A stretch of DNA of 62,274 bases, taken from sequence record AP012533, one strand, 5' to 3'. Numbering within the stretch: the stretch's first letter is position 1; every line of letters begins with the position of its first letter. The DNA comes from Stx2-converting phage Stx2a_F723. Below, piece by piece: positions 38,680 through 48,632 of this stretch. Below the pieces are notes generated by a model. The model had not been told where the DNA came from and did no database searches. It saw only the letters and a program-made list of their open reading frames with translations. Made by a program: the position numbers and the translations under genes.

Positions 38680-38809
38680 CCTGTTTACCTCTTTCTCAGG
38701 GAGTTTAGTCTCCAGGATTTCCGGGGCGGTTCACCAGTCCCGTGTTCAGCAATCAGCACAGCAGGCAGAAGGTAATGGTGGTGAGGATTTATCACCGGTT
38801 CTTGATGCG

Positions 38810-39226
38810 ATGAATGCCGTGCCGGTGCTGAAAACGTGGCAGGAGTCCGATCCAGATCGCTTCTCGGTTGCTGTATCCATCGACGGGAAGCTCCAGAATG
38901 ACCCCGCATGGAAAGACAAAACGCTCACTGAACGTTTCGCTGAAGTGGCCCGTCGTACGCAGGTTGCTTTCGGTGAAGTCAGTGAGTCGTCTGCTGACAA
39001 CAAGGCAGACAAAACGGATATCCGGAAAACGGCGGAAGAGAAAGTGAAGACCGCTGAACAGGAGCAGGCAGTACCTGCTTCCCCGTCAGATTTAGGCACC
39101 ACGGCTTCCGTCGGAACCGGTGATAATTTTGAACGGTTACTTGGCGCTTCTCATTCAGAGGCAGAGGCGATTATGCGCGGTATGACGAATGCTGAAATAG
39201 ACGCGCTTCTGGAGAAGCTCGGGTAA
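38810..39226 (+). CDS. Hypothetical head protein
   Basis: 138-aa ORF immediately upstream of major capsid gene. Confidence 0.55.
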   Translation: MNAVPVLKTWQESDPDRFSVAVSIDGKLQNDPAWKDKTLTERFAEVARRTQVAFGEVSESSADNKADKTDIRKTAEEKVKTAEQEQAVPASPSDLGTTASVGTGDNFERLLGASHSEAEAIMRGMTNAEIDALLEKLG

Positions 39227-39249
39227 CTTACTGAAGGAGAACTGAAGTA

Positions 39250-40464
39250 ATGACGACTGTAACATCAGCCCAGGCGAATAAGCTGTATCAGGTGGCGCTT
39301 TTTACCGCTGCCAACCGCAACCGCTCGATGGTAAATATCCTCACTGAACAGCAGGAAGCGCCAAAAGCGGTTTCGCCGGACAAGAAAAGCACGAAGCAGA
39401 CCAGCGCGGGTGCGCCGGTTGTCCGTATCACAGACCTTAACAAACAGGCCGGTGATGAAGTGACCTTCAGCATCATGCACAAACTCTCAAAACGTCCGAC
39501 GATGGGAGATGAGCGTGTTGAAGGTCGTGGTGAGGATCTCAGCCATGCTGACTTCTCCCTGAAAATCAATCAGGGACGTCACCTGGTGGATGCAGGCGGA
39601 CGTATGAGTCAGCAGCGCACGAAGTTTAACCTGGCATCCTCAGCCAGAACGCTTCTGGGGACGTACTTTAATGACCTGCAGGACCAGTGTGCGATAGTGC
39701 ATCTTGCTGGAGCTCGTGGTGATTTTGTTGCTGACGACACTATTCTGCCGACAGCGGAGCACCCTGAATTCAAAAAAATCATGATCAACGATGTACTGCC
39801 TCCGACACATGACCGTCACTTTTTTGGCGGTGATGCGACAAGCTTTGAGCAGATTGAAGCGGCAGATATTTTTTCTATTGGCCTGGTGGACAATCTCTCC
39901 CTGTTCATTGACGAAATGGCGCATCCGTTACAGCCGGTTCGTCTGTCCGGTGATGAACTTCACGGAGAAGATCCATATTACGTCCTGTACGTCACGCCGC
40001 GTCAGTGGAATGACTGGTACACCTCGACGTCCGGTAAGGACTGGAACCAGATGATGGTTCGTGCCGTGAACCGTGCAAAAGGTTTTAATCATCCGCTGTT
40101 CAAAGGTGAATGTGCGATGTGGCGCAATATCCTGGTTCGTAAGTATGCGGGTATGCCGATCCGTTTCTATCAGGGGTCAAAGGTTCTGGTATCAGAGAAT
40201 AACCTGACGGCAACCACGAAAGAGGTCGCTGCTGCAACCAATATTGACCGCGCCATGTTACTGGGGGCTCAGGCGCTGGCAAATGCTTACGGTCAGAAGG
40301 CGGGCGGTCACTTCAACATGGTTGAGAAGAAAACGGATATGGATAACCGTACTGAGATAGCAATCAGCTGGATCAACGGTCTGAAAAAAATCCGTTTCCC
40401 CGAGAAGAGCGGCAAGATGCAGGATCACGGCGTGATTGCCGTTGATACAGCAGTGAAGCTCTGA
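39250..40464 (+). CDS. Major capsid protein
   Basis: 404-aa ORF after portal/scaffold-like genes and followed by a strong terminator; assignment by position and size. Confidence 0.65.
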   Translation: MTTVTSAQANKLYQVALFTAANRNRSMVNILTEQQEAPKAVSPDKKSTKQTSAGAPVVRITDLNKQAGDEVTFSIMHKLSKRPTMGDERVEGRGEDLSHADFSLKINQGRHLVDAGGRMSQQRTKFNLASSARTLLGTYFNDLQDQCAIVHLAGARGDFVADDTILPTAEHPEFKKIMINDVLPPTHDRHFFGGDATSFEQIEAADIFSIGLVDNLSLFIDEMAHPLQPVRLSGDELHGEDPYYVLYVTPRQWNDWYTSTSGKDWNQMMVRAVNRAKGFNHPLFKGECAMWRNILVRKYAGMPIRFYQGSKVLVSENNLTATTKEVAAATNIDRAMLLGAQALANAYGQKAGGHFNMVEKKTDMDNRTEIAISWINGLKKIRFPEKSGKMQDHGVIAVDTAVKL

Positions 40465-40481
40465 TTTTTTCCTTTCCCTAT

Positions 40482-40504
40482 GCCGGGTTTTCGCCCGGCT
40501 TTTT
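40482..40504 (+). terminator. Rho-independent terminator downstream of capsid gene
   Basis: GCCGGG-loop-CCCGGC hairpin followed by TTTTT. Confidence 0.6.
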
Positions 40505-40519
40505 CAGGAGTCATTAATT

Positions 40520-40909
40520 ATGGCAAAGACTATCCTTGCCCCGTCACTGAGTGAACGGGTCTATACGGGTACGCACGGTAATGAGTCGGTGGCAGAAGGC
40601 GTATTTACGGTGAATGCTGCGGAAGCGGACAGTGTTATTCATCTTCTCTCACTGCCAGTGGGCATCCGTATCAACTCACTCCAACTGGTTTCAACGGGTG
40701 GTCTGGGTACTGCAACCGTCAGCATTAAGTCCGGTGAGCATGCTCTCATCGATAACAGCGAAGCTGTTTCTGCAAAATTTGCCAGATATGTGCCAGTGGA
40801 GCCGTACACCACACAGCGTGACGGGGAGCTGGTTACTGTCACCATTAAGACTGCCGCTGCAACCGGCACCCTGAATGTTCTGCTGCGTTATACCGTGGTG
40901 GGATACTGA
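40520..40909 (+). CDS. Hypothetical virion protein
   Basis: 129-aa ORF with AGGAG SD, between two terminators. Confidence 0.55.
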   Translation: MAKTILAPSLSERVYTGTHGNESVAEGVFTVNAAEADSVIHLLSLPVGIRINSLQLVSTGGLGTATVSIKSGEHALIDNSEAVSAKFARYVPVEPYTTQRDGELVTVTIKTAAATGTLNVLLRYTVVGY

Positions 40910-40922
40910 TTAAAACCTTCCG

Positions 40923-40944
40923 GCCCGCGTCATGCGGGCTTTTT
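40923..40944 (+). terminator. Rho-independent terminator
   Basis: GCCCGC-GTCAT-GCGGGC hairpin followed by TTTTT. Confidence 0.6.
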
Positions 40945-40958
40945 ATCCGGGGAATTAT

Positions 40959-41420
40959 ATGAGTGAGAAAATTGCCGTTGTCTATATCGGCCCAAAACCC
41001 GTGAAAAAGGACACCATTACCGGAAGTCGCACGCTGTTCCCACGTCTTGAGCCGGTGCATGTTGACAGCGCGATGGCCTGGCAACTGCTGGGGTTTCCGG
41101 ATGTCTGGGTTCGTCATGAAGAGCTTGATGATGTTCTGAAAAAGCAACAACAGAATGAGCAGTTGCGGCAGGCACAGCAGGCGCAGGAAAGAGTGCTTGC
41201 TGCGCTGGCAGAAGCGGAGAACAGTTTTGTTGTTTCTGTTAACGGGCAGGAGGTGGATTTAAGTAAGCTCACCTCAGCACGGCTGGCGACGCTGTGTGAG
41301 GCAGAAGAGCTGGATATTCACAAAGACCCGAAAGAAACGGCTGAGGCATTCCGTATCCGGGTGCGTGAGGCATTTCGCCGTCGTGTTGCGGAGACTGAAC
41401 AGCATGGCGGAACTGAGTGA
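40959..41420 (+). CDS. Hypothetical virion protein
   Basis: ATG at 40959 (MSEKIAVVYIGPKPVKK...); Gln-rich coiled-coil segment. Confidence 0.55.
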   Translation: MSEKIAVVYIGPKPVKKDTITGSRTLFPRLEPVHVDSAMAWQLLGFPDVWVRHEELDDVLKKQQQNEQLRQAQQAQERVLAALAEAENSFVVSVNGQEVDLSKLTSARLATLCEAEELDIHKDPKETAEAFRIRVREAFRRRVAETEQHGGTE

Positions 41421-41967
41421 TTTTTTACCGTATGTCCGTCGTCATATCAGCGGTCCACTGAACATTATGATGACGGATGCTCTGTCAATGGCTGCCGTGG
41501 CATTCAGCCGCCAGTCGTTGGTGTGCCGTCGGGAGGTTACTGTTGTACCAGTAGCAGGAAAAGAAATCGTGCTTCCGTATGACAAAGATGATGAGGAGTG
41601 CGTTCATATCATCCGTATCTCTGACGATAATCATGAGCTTTTTGTCGGTCGGGATGTGGATATCAGCTCCGGACGCTCCCTGCGATTTGCCTGTTCTCCC
41701 GGTGAGGTGAGCGTGCTTTATGCCGTCGCTCCGAAAGCCGGACGCAGCCAGATACCGGATGAACTCCTCACATGGCCTGAAGAAGTGGCTGCGGGGGCAC
41801 TTGAGCGGTTGTTCATGCAGACTGGTGTTTCATGGTCAGATCCGTTACGCGCACAGTATTTTTCTGTGCAGTTTTCTGAGGGGATCCGTCGGGCATATCG
41901 TCATACACTGGCGACAAGCCCGTACTCTTCATACCGCAACCCTGTACGCAGGCAGAGGTTTTTCTGA
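41404..41967 (+). CDS. Hypothetical virion protein
   Basis: ATG at 41404 (MAELSDFLPYVRRHISGPLN...) overlapping upstream stop. Confidence 0.55.
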   Translation: MAELSDFLPYVRRHISGPLNIMMTDALSMAAVAFSRQSLVCRREVTVVPVAGKEIVLPYDKDDEECVHIIRISDDNHELFVGRDVDISSGRSLRFACSPGEVSVLYAVAPKAGRSQIPDELLTWPEEVAAGALERLFMQTGVSWSDPLRAQYFSVQFSEGIRRAYRHTLATSPYSSYRNPVRRQRFF

Positions 41968-42617
41968 TGACGACGATTACAGAAATCATCGGACGTGTGA
42001 ATACACAACTGGTTGACCCGATGATGGTTCGCTGGCCCCTGCAGGAATTGTGCGATTATTACAATGATGCTGTGAGGGCAGTGATTCTGGCGAGACCGGA
42101 TGCTGGCGCAAGCCTGGAAACAATAAGTTGTGTTCCTGGCGCCCGTCAGGTTTTGCCCGATGGTGTAATACAACTTCTTGACGTGATATGCCTCAGTGAC
42201 GGTAGTGCAGTCAGACCATTATCCCGGGAGGTGCTGGATGCGCAGTATCCTGAGTGGCCCACAATGAAGGGTATTCCTGAATGTTTTATCAGCAACGACC
42301 TGTCCCCGCGCGTATTCTGGCTGTTTCCTGCTCCTGACAAAGAGATAAGTATTGATGCAGTGGTAAGCCGGATACCGGAGGCAGTGTATGTTCTGACGCA
42401 GGACGATGATACGCCAGTTCCACTGGAAGAGGCTTATGTTAACCCACTGGTGGAGTGGATGTTGTTTCGCGCTTTCAGTAAGGATGCTGCCGGTGGCGCA
42501 GAATCGGGGCTGGCTGCGCAGCATTATCAGAGTTTTGTTGAGCAACTTGGGATCAAACAGGGGGCAGACAGTGCATTGTCTGCCCGTAAAAAAGTGTTTA
42601 ACGGAGGTGGAGTGTGA
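41967..42617 (+). CDS. Hypothetical virion protein
   Basis: 216-aa ORF with coupled start/stop to neighbours. Confidence 0.55.
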   Translation: MTTITEIIGRVNTQLVDPMMVRWPLQELCDYYNDAVRAVILARPDAGASLETISCVPGARQVLPDGVIQLLDVICLSDGSAVRPLSREVLDAQYPEWPTMKGIPECFISNDLSPRVFWLFPAPDKEISIDAVVSRIPEAVYVLTQDDDTPVPLEEAYVNPLVEWMLFRAFSKDAAGGAESGLAAQHYQSFVEQLGIKQGADSALSARKKVFNGGGV

Positions 42618-44551
42618 GTGTTGTTGTTTCGGGGACGCTGAAATCTCCTGATGGTGAGGCGATATCAGGAGCAAATATTACCCTGACGGCGCTGACAGTT
42701 TCACCGGATGCGCTCAGCGGCACCAGTGCGTCGGCAGTGACCCGTGAAGGTGGATATTACGGAATGACGATGGATCCGGGGGAGTATGCGGTTTCGGTGA
42801 CGGTGAAAGGGAAGACTGTTGTCTACGGACGTGTGCGTATTGAGGGGACCGAAAGTACGGTGACGCTCAATATGCTGTTACGCCGCAGTCTTGTTGAGGT
42901 TAGCATACCCGGAGAACTGCTGACAGATTTCCGGCAGATACAGAATAATGTGGCTGATGACCTTGCCACTATTCGTCGCCTGAATGAAGACACGGCGACA
43001 AAAAACACTCAGGCCACACAGTCAAAAGAAAGTGCAGCAGCCAGTGCGAAGAGTGCATCTGACAGTGCAAAGACGGCAACCAGCAGGGCGGCTGAAGCCG
43101 GACAAAAAGCGACTGATGCCACTGAGGCTGCGACCCGTGCAGTCACAGCAGCGGGGAATGCAGAGGAAAGCTCGACCCGTGCCGGAGAGTCTGAAAAAGC
43201 CGCCGGAGCTGATGCAGAAAAAGCCAGACAGCATGCTGAAAAGGCCAGGCTGGCGCAGGAGAGCGCCGGAGAGATCCTTAAGCGGGCAGAGGCTGCCACT
43301 GTCAGTGCTGAAGAGGCCAGACGTATGGCTGAGAATGCACGGGGGCCCCGGGGGCCTCAGGGAGAAACTGGTCCGAAGGGGGATGTCGGTCCTAAAGGCG
43401 AAACAGGTCCAGTGGGCCCTCAAGGGCCCGCAGGGCCGAAAGGTGAGCGTGGTGACGTTGGTGCTCAGGGGGCTGTAGGGCCTGCTGGTCCGCGTGGTGA
43501 GAAGGGCGAACAGGGGGAGCGAGGACCGCAGGGAATACCAGGCCTGAAGGGGGATACCGGAGAGCGGGGGCCTAAAGGGGACCAGGGGGATATGGGGCCA
43601 AAAGGCGAGAAAGGTGATCCGGGAGGTCCTGCAGGCCCGCAAGGTCCTAAAGGCGAACGAGGAGAAGCCGGACCACAGGGACCGATGGGAGCACGAGGTG
43701 AGCGTGGGGAGACTGGCCCCCGAGGTGAACCTGGTCCTGCAGGTCCGAGAGGCGAACGAGGAGAGACCGGACCTCAGGGACCTCGTGGAGAGCCAGGTCC
43801 GGCAGGCAGCGCTGCAAATGTGGCTGATGCAACGACGGCACAGAAGGGAATTGTGCAGTTAAGCAGCGCAACGGACAGTGATGATGAAACGAAGGCTGCC
43901 ACCCCGAAAGCGGTGAAAGCGGCAATGGATGTGGCAAATGAAGCGAAAACAAAGGCAGAAGAGGCTGCAGCAGGAGGTGGTGTTCCCGGTCCGAAAGGAG
44001 ATAAAGGGGACACGGGGCCAGCAGGTCCGGCTGGGCCGAAGGGTGATAAGGGAGAGCGCGGTGACACCGGCCCTGTCGGGGCAACCGGCGAACGGGGACC
44101 GGCAGGTGATGCTGGTCCGGCAGGCCCGCAGGGGCCGAAAGGTGACAGGGGAGAGCGGGGAGAGACCGGTCTGACGGGAAATGCAGGTCCACAGGGTCCA
44201 AAGGGAGATACCGGTGCGGCAGGCCCGGCAGGCCCACAGGGACCGAAAGGAGAAACAGGTGCGGCAGGCCCGGTGGGGGCGACCGGACCTCAGGGGCCGA
44301 AGGGCGACCCGGGGGAGACGCAAATACGGTTCCGTCTGGGGCCGGGAAACATTATTGAGACAAACAGCCATGGCTGGTTCCCGGATACAGATGGCGCACT
44401 CATCACCGGACTGACCTTTCTTGACCCCAAAGATGCCACACGGGTTCAGGGTTTTTTTCAGCATTTGCAGGTCAGGTTTGGTGACGGGCCGTGGCAGGAT
44501 GTCAAGGGGCTGGATGAAGTGGGCAGTGATACAGGCAGAACAGGAGAATGA
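42614..44551 (+). CDS. Tail fibre protein with collagen-like Gly-X-Y repeats
   Basis: 645-aa ORF; two long runs of GXY triplets ([38 protein letters not shown]...); Ala/Glu-rich coiled-coil N-terminal region. Confidence 0.8.
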   Translation: MSVVVSGTLKSPDGEAISGANITLTALTVSPDALSGTSASAVTREGGYYGMTMDPGEYAVSVTVKGKTVVYGRVRIEGTESTVTLNMLLRRSLVEVSIPGELLTDFRQIQNNVADDLATIRRLNEDTATKNTQATQSKESAAASAKSASDSAKTATSRAAEAGQKATDATEAATRAVTAAGNAEESSTRAGESEKAAGADAEKARQHAEKARLAQESAGEILKRAEAATVSAEEARRMAENARGPRGPQGETGPKGDVGPKGETGPVGPQGPAGPKGERGDVGAQGAVGPAGPRGEKGEQGERGPQGIPGLKGDTGERGPKGDQGDMGPKGEKGDPGGPAGPQGPKGERGEAGPQGPMGARGERGETGPRGEPGPAGPRGERGETGPQGPRGEPGPAGSAANVADATTAQKGIVQLSSATDSDDETKAATPKAVKAAMDVANEAKTKAEEAAAGGGVPGPKGDKGDTGPAGPAGPKGDKGERGDTGPVGATGERGPAGDAGPAGPQGPKGDRGERGETGLTGNAGPQGPKGDTGAAGPAGPQGPKGETGAAGPVGATGPQGPKGDPGETQIRFRLGPGNIIETNSHGWFPDTDGALITGLTFLDPKDATRVQGFFQHLQVRFGDGPWQDVKGLDEVGSDTGRTGE

Positions 44552-44552
44552 C

Positions 44553-44822
44553 ATGAATATTTTGAGAAAGCTTATGCAGAGTCTGTGCGGTTGCGGAAAG
44601 CATGATGACTGTGAAAACGGGCAGTCGCTTACAGCACAACTGCGACTGGGACCGGCAGACATTCTGGAGTCAGATGAGAATGGCATTATTCCGGAGCAGG
44701 ACAGGGTAATCACACAGGTGGTGATACTGGATGCAGATAAAAAGCAGATACAGTGTGTGGTAAGACCGCTGCAAATCCTGCGTGCTGACGGGACGTGGGA
44801 AAATATTGGCGGGATGAAATAG
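44553..44822 (+). CDS. Hypothetical protein (possible tail-fibre accessory)
   Basis: ATG at 44553 (MNILRKLMQSLCGCGKHDDCENGQ...), 1 bp after tail-fibre stop. Confidence 0.5.
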   Translation: MNILRKLMQSLCGCGKHDDCENGQSLTAQLRLGPADILESDENGIIPEQDRVITQVVILDADKKQIQCVVRPLQILRADGTWENIGGMK

Positions 44823-44840
44823 CCGACAGCTTCACAAAAA

Positions 44841-44862
44841 CCGGAGCCCGGCTCCGGTTTTT
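44841..44862 (+). terminator. Rho-independent terminator
   Basis: CCGGAGC-CCG-GCTCCGG hairpin followed by TTTTT. Confidence 0.65.
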
Positions 44863-44906
44863 GTTGTCATGTATAGGGGGGGTTATTAGAGAGTGAAGTA
44901 ATAAAC

Positions 44907-45149
44907 ATGTTAATACGATGGAGTGAAGGATGCCGTGTAATTCTGGTTCAAGAGTTTTTTATGCCGGAAAATCGCAGGATTATTCTGGATAGTAAAGAAT
45001 CCTGGTTAATAATCTGTGATAGTCAGTTGGGCCATTTAATGCGCAGTATGTATCAGGGACGCCGTTTTATTCAGCTGAATCTGGAAAAATTGAAAGGGGT
45101 ACATGATGTCGCCTTGCCAGTGAAATGGGAATTCACACGAAGACAGTGA
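44907..45149 (+). CDS. Hypothetical protein in AT-rich island
   Basis: 80-aa ORF in a low-GC segment between two tail-gene blocks; no recognised motif. Confidence 0.3.
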   Translation: MLIRWSEGCRVILVQEFFMPENRRIILDSKESWLIICDSQLGHLMRSMYQGRRFIQLNLEKLKGVHDVALPVKWEFTRRQ

Positions 45150-45443
45150 ATAGCTTTCTGTATACGGGAATGGCGAAAAATGGACTGTATGGTGTGAGTG
45201 TGAAACATCTTGCGTGTGCGGAGTGATGCTTCTCGTTGCTACAGCGGCAATGATAATGCAGTGAAAAAAGGGGAGCAATATGCTCCCCCAAACCGAAAGA
45301 AAATTGCAATAATCAATGAAGTTATTTAGTCATCATCAGAATGTCATGCAAGGCATTTTGTTTCAGTGATGCCGATCGCGATTTTAGCGAATTCCATCAT
45401 AAATCCCCTGATTTTTAAGCCTGAAGCAGTCAAAGGAATTTCT

Positions 45444-47069
45444 ATGCCCTATATCGATATCACCACGATGCGTGGGATGATGCCGCGCGTTGTGACATCC
45501 ATGCTGCCCGAGCATTCCGCTGTACTGGCGGAGGACTGCCATTTCCGGTTTGGTGTTATTACACCAGAACGTCAGATATCCGGGGTTGAGAAAACATTCA
45601 CAATTAAGCCAAAAACAATTTTTCATTACCGTGACGATTTCTGGTTTGCATGGCCGGATGTGGTGGATGTGATCCGCAGTCCGATCGCTCAGGACCCCCA
45701 CGGGCGTATTTACTACACTGACGGGCGTTTTCCTAAAGTGACGGATGCGACTATTGCCACAAAAGGGGACGGGAATCACCCGACATCATCGTATCGTCTG
45801 GGGATCCCCGCGCCGACGACAGCTCCTGTCTGTACTGTTCAGCAGGGCGGTGATGTTTCTGACGATAACCCGAATGATGACGAAACCCGGTTTTATACTG
45901 AAACCTTTGTCTCAGATTATGGTGAAGAAGGTCCGCCTGGTCCGGCGTCTCTGGAGGTAACACTCCGTACTCCGGGGACTGCGGTACAACTGACGCTGGC
46001 TCCGGTGCCATTGCAGAATGCCAATATTAAACGTCGCCGGATTTATCGCTCTGCATCAGGTGGAGGAGAAGCGGATTTTTTACTTGTGGCTGAACTGGAT
46101 GCGTCAGTGCTCAGTTACACGGACAAAATACCGACGAAAAACCTTGGGCCTTCCCTGGCAACATGGGATTACCTGCCGCCACCGGAGAATATGACGGGTC
46201 TTTGCCTGATGGCTAATGGTATTGCTGCCGGGTTTGCCGGTAATGAAGTGATGTTTTCGGAAGCGTATCTGCCGTATGCATGGCCGGAAGTGAATCGTCA
46301 CACGACGGCAGAAGATATTGTGGCTATCTGTCCGCTGGGAACGTCACTGGTGGTGGCGACAAAGGGGGAGCCTTATCTGTTCAGTGGTGTATCGCCTTCC
46401 ACAATTTCTGGCTCCAGAATTCCTTCCATGCAGGCATGCCTGAGCCGAAGAAGCATGGTGGCGATGGAGGGATTCGTACTGTATGCCGGGACAAACGGTC
46501 TGGTATCTGTTGATGTAAACGGTAATACAGCACTGGCAACGGAAAAGATTATTTCACCAGAACAGTGGCAGAGTCAGTTTAACCCGATGTCCATTGTGGC
46601 TTATTCCTGGCGTGGTGACTATATCGGTTGTTACACAAAACCGGATGGTAAGCAGGATGTGTTTGTATTCAGTCCGGCGAACATGGATATCCGTTATCTC
46701 AGCACGCCGTTTGACTGTGCATGGATTGATCTTGCAAAAGATATGATGCGCGTGGTGACAGGGGACAAAATGTCAGTGCTTGCCGGGGACTCTCTGCCGT
46801 CCATGATAAGGTGGCATTCAAAAATTTTTTCATTACCTGAAAGAACCTCTTTTTCCTGTATCAGAGTGAAATCTCCGGCACCTGAGCGGGTGGGGATCAC
46901 TGTTATGGCTGATGATGTTCCTGTGATTCATTTTGCGCCGGGTACGTTTAAGGGAAGTGTGGTGAGACTTCCGGCAGCAACCGGGCAAAACTGGCAGGTG
47001 ATGGTATCCGGATTCGGGCAGGTGGAACGAATAACCCTGAGTACATCGATGTCGGAGATGCCGGTATGA
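45444..47069 (+). CDS. Hypothetical tail protein
   Basis: ATG at 45444 with AAGGA SD (MPYIDITTMRGMMPRVV...); track ORF starts at GTG 45366. Confidence 0.6.
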   Translation: MPYIDITTMRGMMPRVVTSMLPEHSAVLAEDCHFRFGVITPERQISGVEKTFTIKPKTIFHYRDDFWFAWPDVVDVIRSPIAQDPHGRIYYTDGRFPKVTDATIATKGDGNHPTSSYRLGIPAPTTAPVCTVQQGGDVSDDNPNDDETRFYTETFVSDYGEEGPPGPASLEVTLRTPGTAVQLTLAPVPLQNANIKRRRIYRSASGGGEADFLLVAELDASVLSYTDKIPTKNLGPSLATWDYLPPPENMTGLCLMANGIAAGFAGNEVMFSEAYLPYAWPEVNRHTTAEDIVAICPLGTSLVVATKGEPYLFSGVSPSTISGSRIPSMQACLSRRSMVAMEGFVLYAGTNGLVSVDVNGNTALATEKIISPEQWQSQFNPMSIVAYSWRGDYIGCYTKPDGKQDVFVFSPANMDIRYLSTPFDCAWIDLAKDMMRVVTGDKMSVLAGDSLPSMIRWHSKIFSLPERTSFSCIRVKSPAPERVGITVMADDVPVIHFAPGTFKGSVVRLPAATGQNWQVMVSGFGQVERITLSTSMSEMPV

Positions 47070-48334
47070 CCAGAAAACCGTGGCGTGCGGGGAAGGATTT
47101 ATCCACAGTTGTGGAGAACATGGAAATTGGCACCGGGCAGCGTGGTGACGGACGCCACGCATTTGTGACCCGTGAGGAACTGGTTGGTCTTAAACTCGCC
47201 CGGCGTCGAACATCGGGTGGTGCCTCATATGCACTGAATCCGGGTATTGAGATTGACAGTACTTTAATGACTGTTGATTTTCCCACAAAACCGCTGAATT
47301 TTAAGGCGACAGGAGGATTTGGCTCGGTTCTTCTTGAATGGGATATGCCTAATTATCGCGGACATTCACTGACTGAAATCTGGCGGGGTACGGAGGATGA
47401 CCTTGCTGATGCAGTGCTGGTTGCCACGACGCCGGGGCAGGTTTACGGCGATCCGGTTGACCCTGGCTGGTCGGGATTTTACTGGATACGTTTTGTTAAC
47501 GCGGCAGGAGTGAAAGGTCCATGGAATGCTGAAAAAGGCACTCAGGCACAAACACAGATCGGCGTGAAGGCCATCATTGACCAGATCCGCGATGAGGCTG
47601 CAAAGTCGCCGGTTGTGTCCGAGCTGCGTAAAGAAATAAAAAACGCGCAGGGGCAGGCTGTAAAGGATGCTGCAATTAAGACAACCGAAGTTGTGGGGAC
47701 TCTCAGGGAAGAAACGACAAGAACGATTGGTGGTATTGAAACCCGCATTAGCACACTGGATTCGTCAACCAGTGAATCGCTTAATGAGGTCGACAAGCGC
47801 ATCACTAAACTGGATAAAGAAGGCGGTGAGGCGTTTCTGGCAATGTGGTCAAAAAAAGCGGGAGTTGATGGTATCACTGCGGGGATCGGGATTGTCGCCG
47901 GAAAAGACAGTGAAGGCAGGCCTGTAAGTCAGGTTGCAATTTCTGCGTCGCAGTTGTTTGTCTTTGACCCGAACAACCCGGATAACACCGCCTATCCGTT
48001 TGCGGTATCAGGTGGCAAGGTTGTGATCCCGAAAGCGATGATTTATGACGCGGTGATTGAAACACTGGTGTCGCGGAAGGTTGTGGCGGATGAGGTAAAA
48101 GCCGGGGTAAGTATCACTTCGCCAGTTATCCGGAGTGCCGTTATTCAGAACGGAAACTTTCAGGTTGATTCTCAGGGTAACCTGAATATTGGAGGCCTTT
48201 TCAGTGTTACGTCACAAGGGCAACTGACAATTCGTTACTCTAATCAGAATGTAGGACTGGTGATCCGCAATGATAAAATTGAGGTTTATGATCAGAATGG
48301 ACGACTGGCTGTTCGCATAGGCAGATTACGCTGA
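47066..48334 (+). CDS. Tail fibre/host-specificity-like protein
   Basis: 422-aa ORF; segment GFYWIRFVNAAGVKGPW resembles the fibronectin-III-like region of lambda J-type tail proteins. Confidence 0.55.
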   Translation: MTRKPWRAGKDLSTVVENMEIGTGQRGDGRHAFVTREELVGLKLARRRTSGGASYALNPGIEIDSTLMTVDFPTKPLNFKATGGFGSVLLEWDMPNYRGHSLTEIWRGTEDDLADAVLVATTPGQVYGDPVDPGWSGFYWIRFVNAAGVKGPWNAEKGTQAQTQIGVKAIIDQIRDEAAKSPVVSELRKEIKNAQGQAVKDAAIKTTEVVGTLREETTRTIGGIETRISTLDSSTSESLNEVDKRITKLDKEGGEAFLAMWSKKAGVDGITAGIGIVAGKDSEGRPVSQVAISASQLFVFDPNNPDNTAYPFAVSGGKVVIPKAMIYDAVIETLVSRKVVADEVKAGVSITSPVIRSAVIQNGNFQVDSQGNLNIGGLFSVTSQGQLTIRYSNQNVGLVIRNDKIEVYDQNGRLAVRIGRLR

Positions 48335-48348
48335 TCAGGAGGTGAGTA

Positions 48349-48627
48349 TTGGAATACGGTTTTGCCATTTATAACAGAAATAACGTTAATGTTACGGGCG
48401 TGCTGACTCCGGTATTTTTCCTGGACAGATTTACAGCGGAGTCTGGCTCAAAGACGTACACGAATAAACCCGACGGGAAATCATTGCAGGCTGTATGTTG
48501 TTTATTTCCCTGGAATAATGTATTTGCGGATCGGAAAGTACCGAAGATAACCATTAATGGCAATACGGTGACGTGGTCGAATCTTGAGCAGGGTATGGGA
48601 TCTTATATTTATACATTCTGGGGATAA
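48349..48627 (+). CDS. Hypothetical protein with YG-x-AIYN motif
   Basis: 92-aa ORF sharing an N-terminal motif with the next ORF. Confidence 0.45.
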   Translation: MEYGFAIYNRNNVNVTGVLTPVFFLDRFTAESGSKTYTNKPDGKSLQAVCCLFPWNNVFADRKVPKITINGNTVTWSNLEQGMGSYIYTFWG

Positions 48628-48632
48628 GTGTC

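Larger units (their letters stand above)
37424..38733 (-). mobile_element. IS629 (IS3 family) insertion sequence, 1310 bp
   Basis: Imperfect terminal inverted repeats TGAACCGCCCCGG... at both ends, flanked by 3-bp CCA direct duplication; contains orfA and orfB. Confidence 0.9.

Noticed and set aside
42614-44551. Possibility that the periodic repeats are a CRISPR array
   Set aside because: Periodicity is 9 bp in-frame triplets encoding Gly-X-Y with no repeat-spacer structure.
43009-44713. Long minus-strand ORFs (96, 206, 196, 97 and 284 aa) overlapping the tail-fibre gene
   Set aside because: They lie antisense to the collagen-like GXY repeats, whose GC-rich periodicity suppresses stop codons on the opposite strand; the translations are low-complexity Pro/Arg/Ser-rich sequences.
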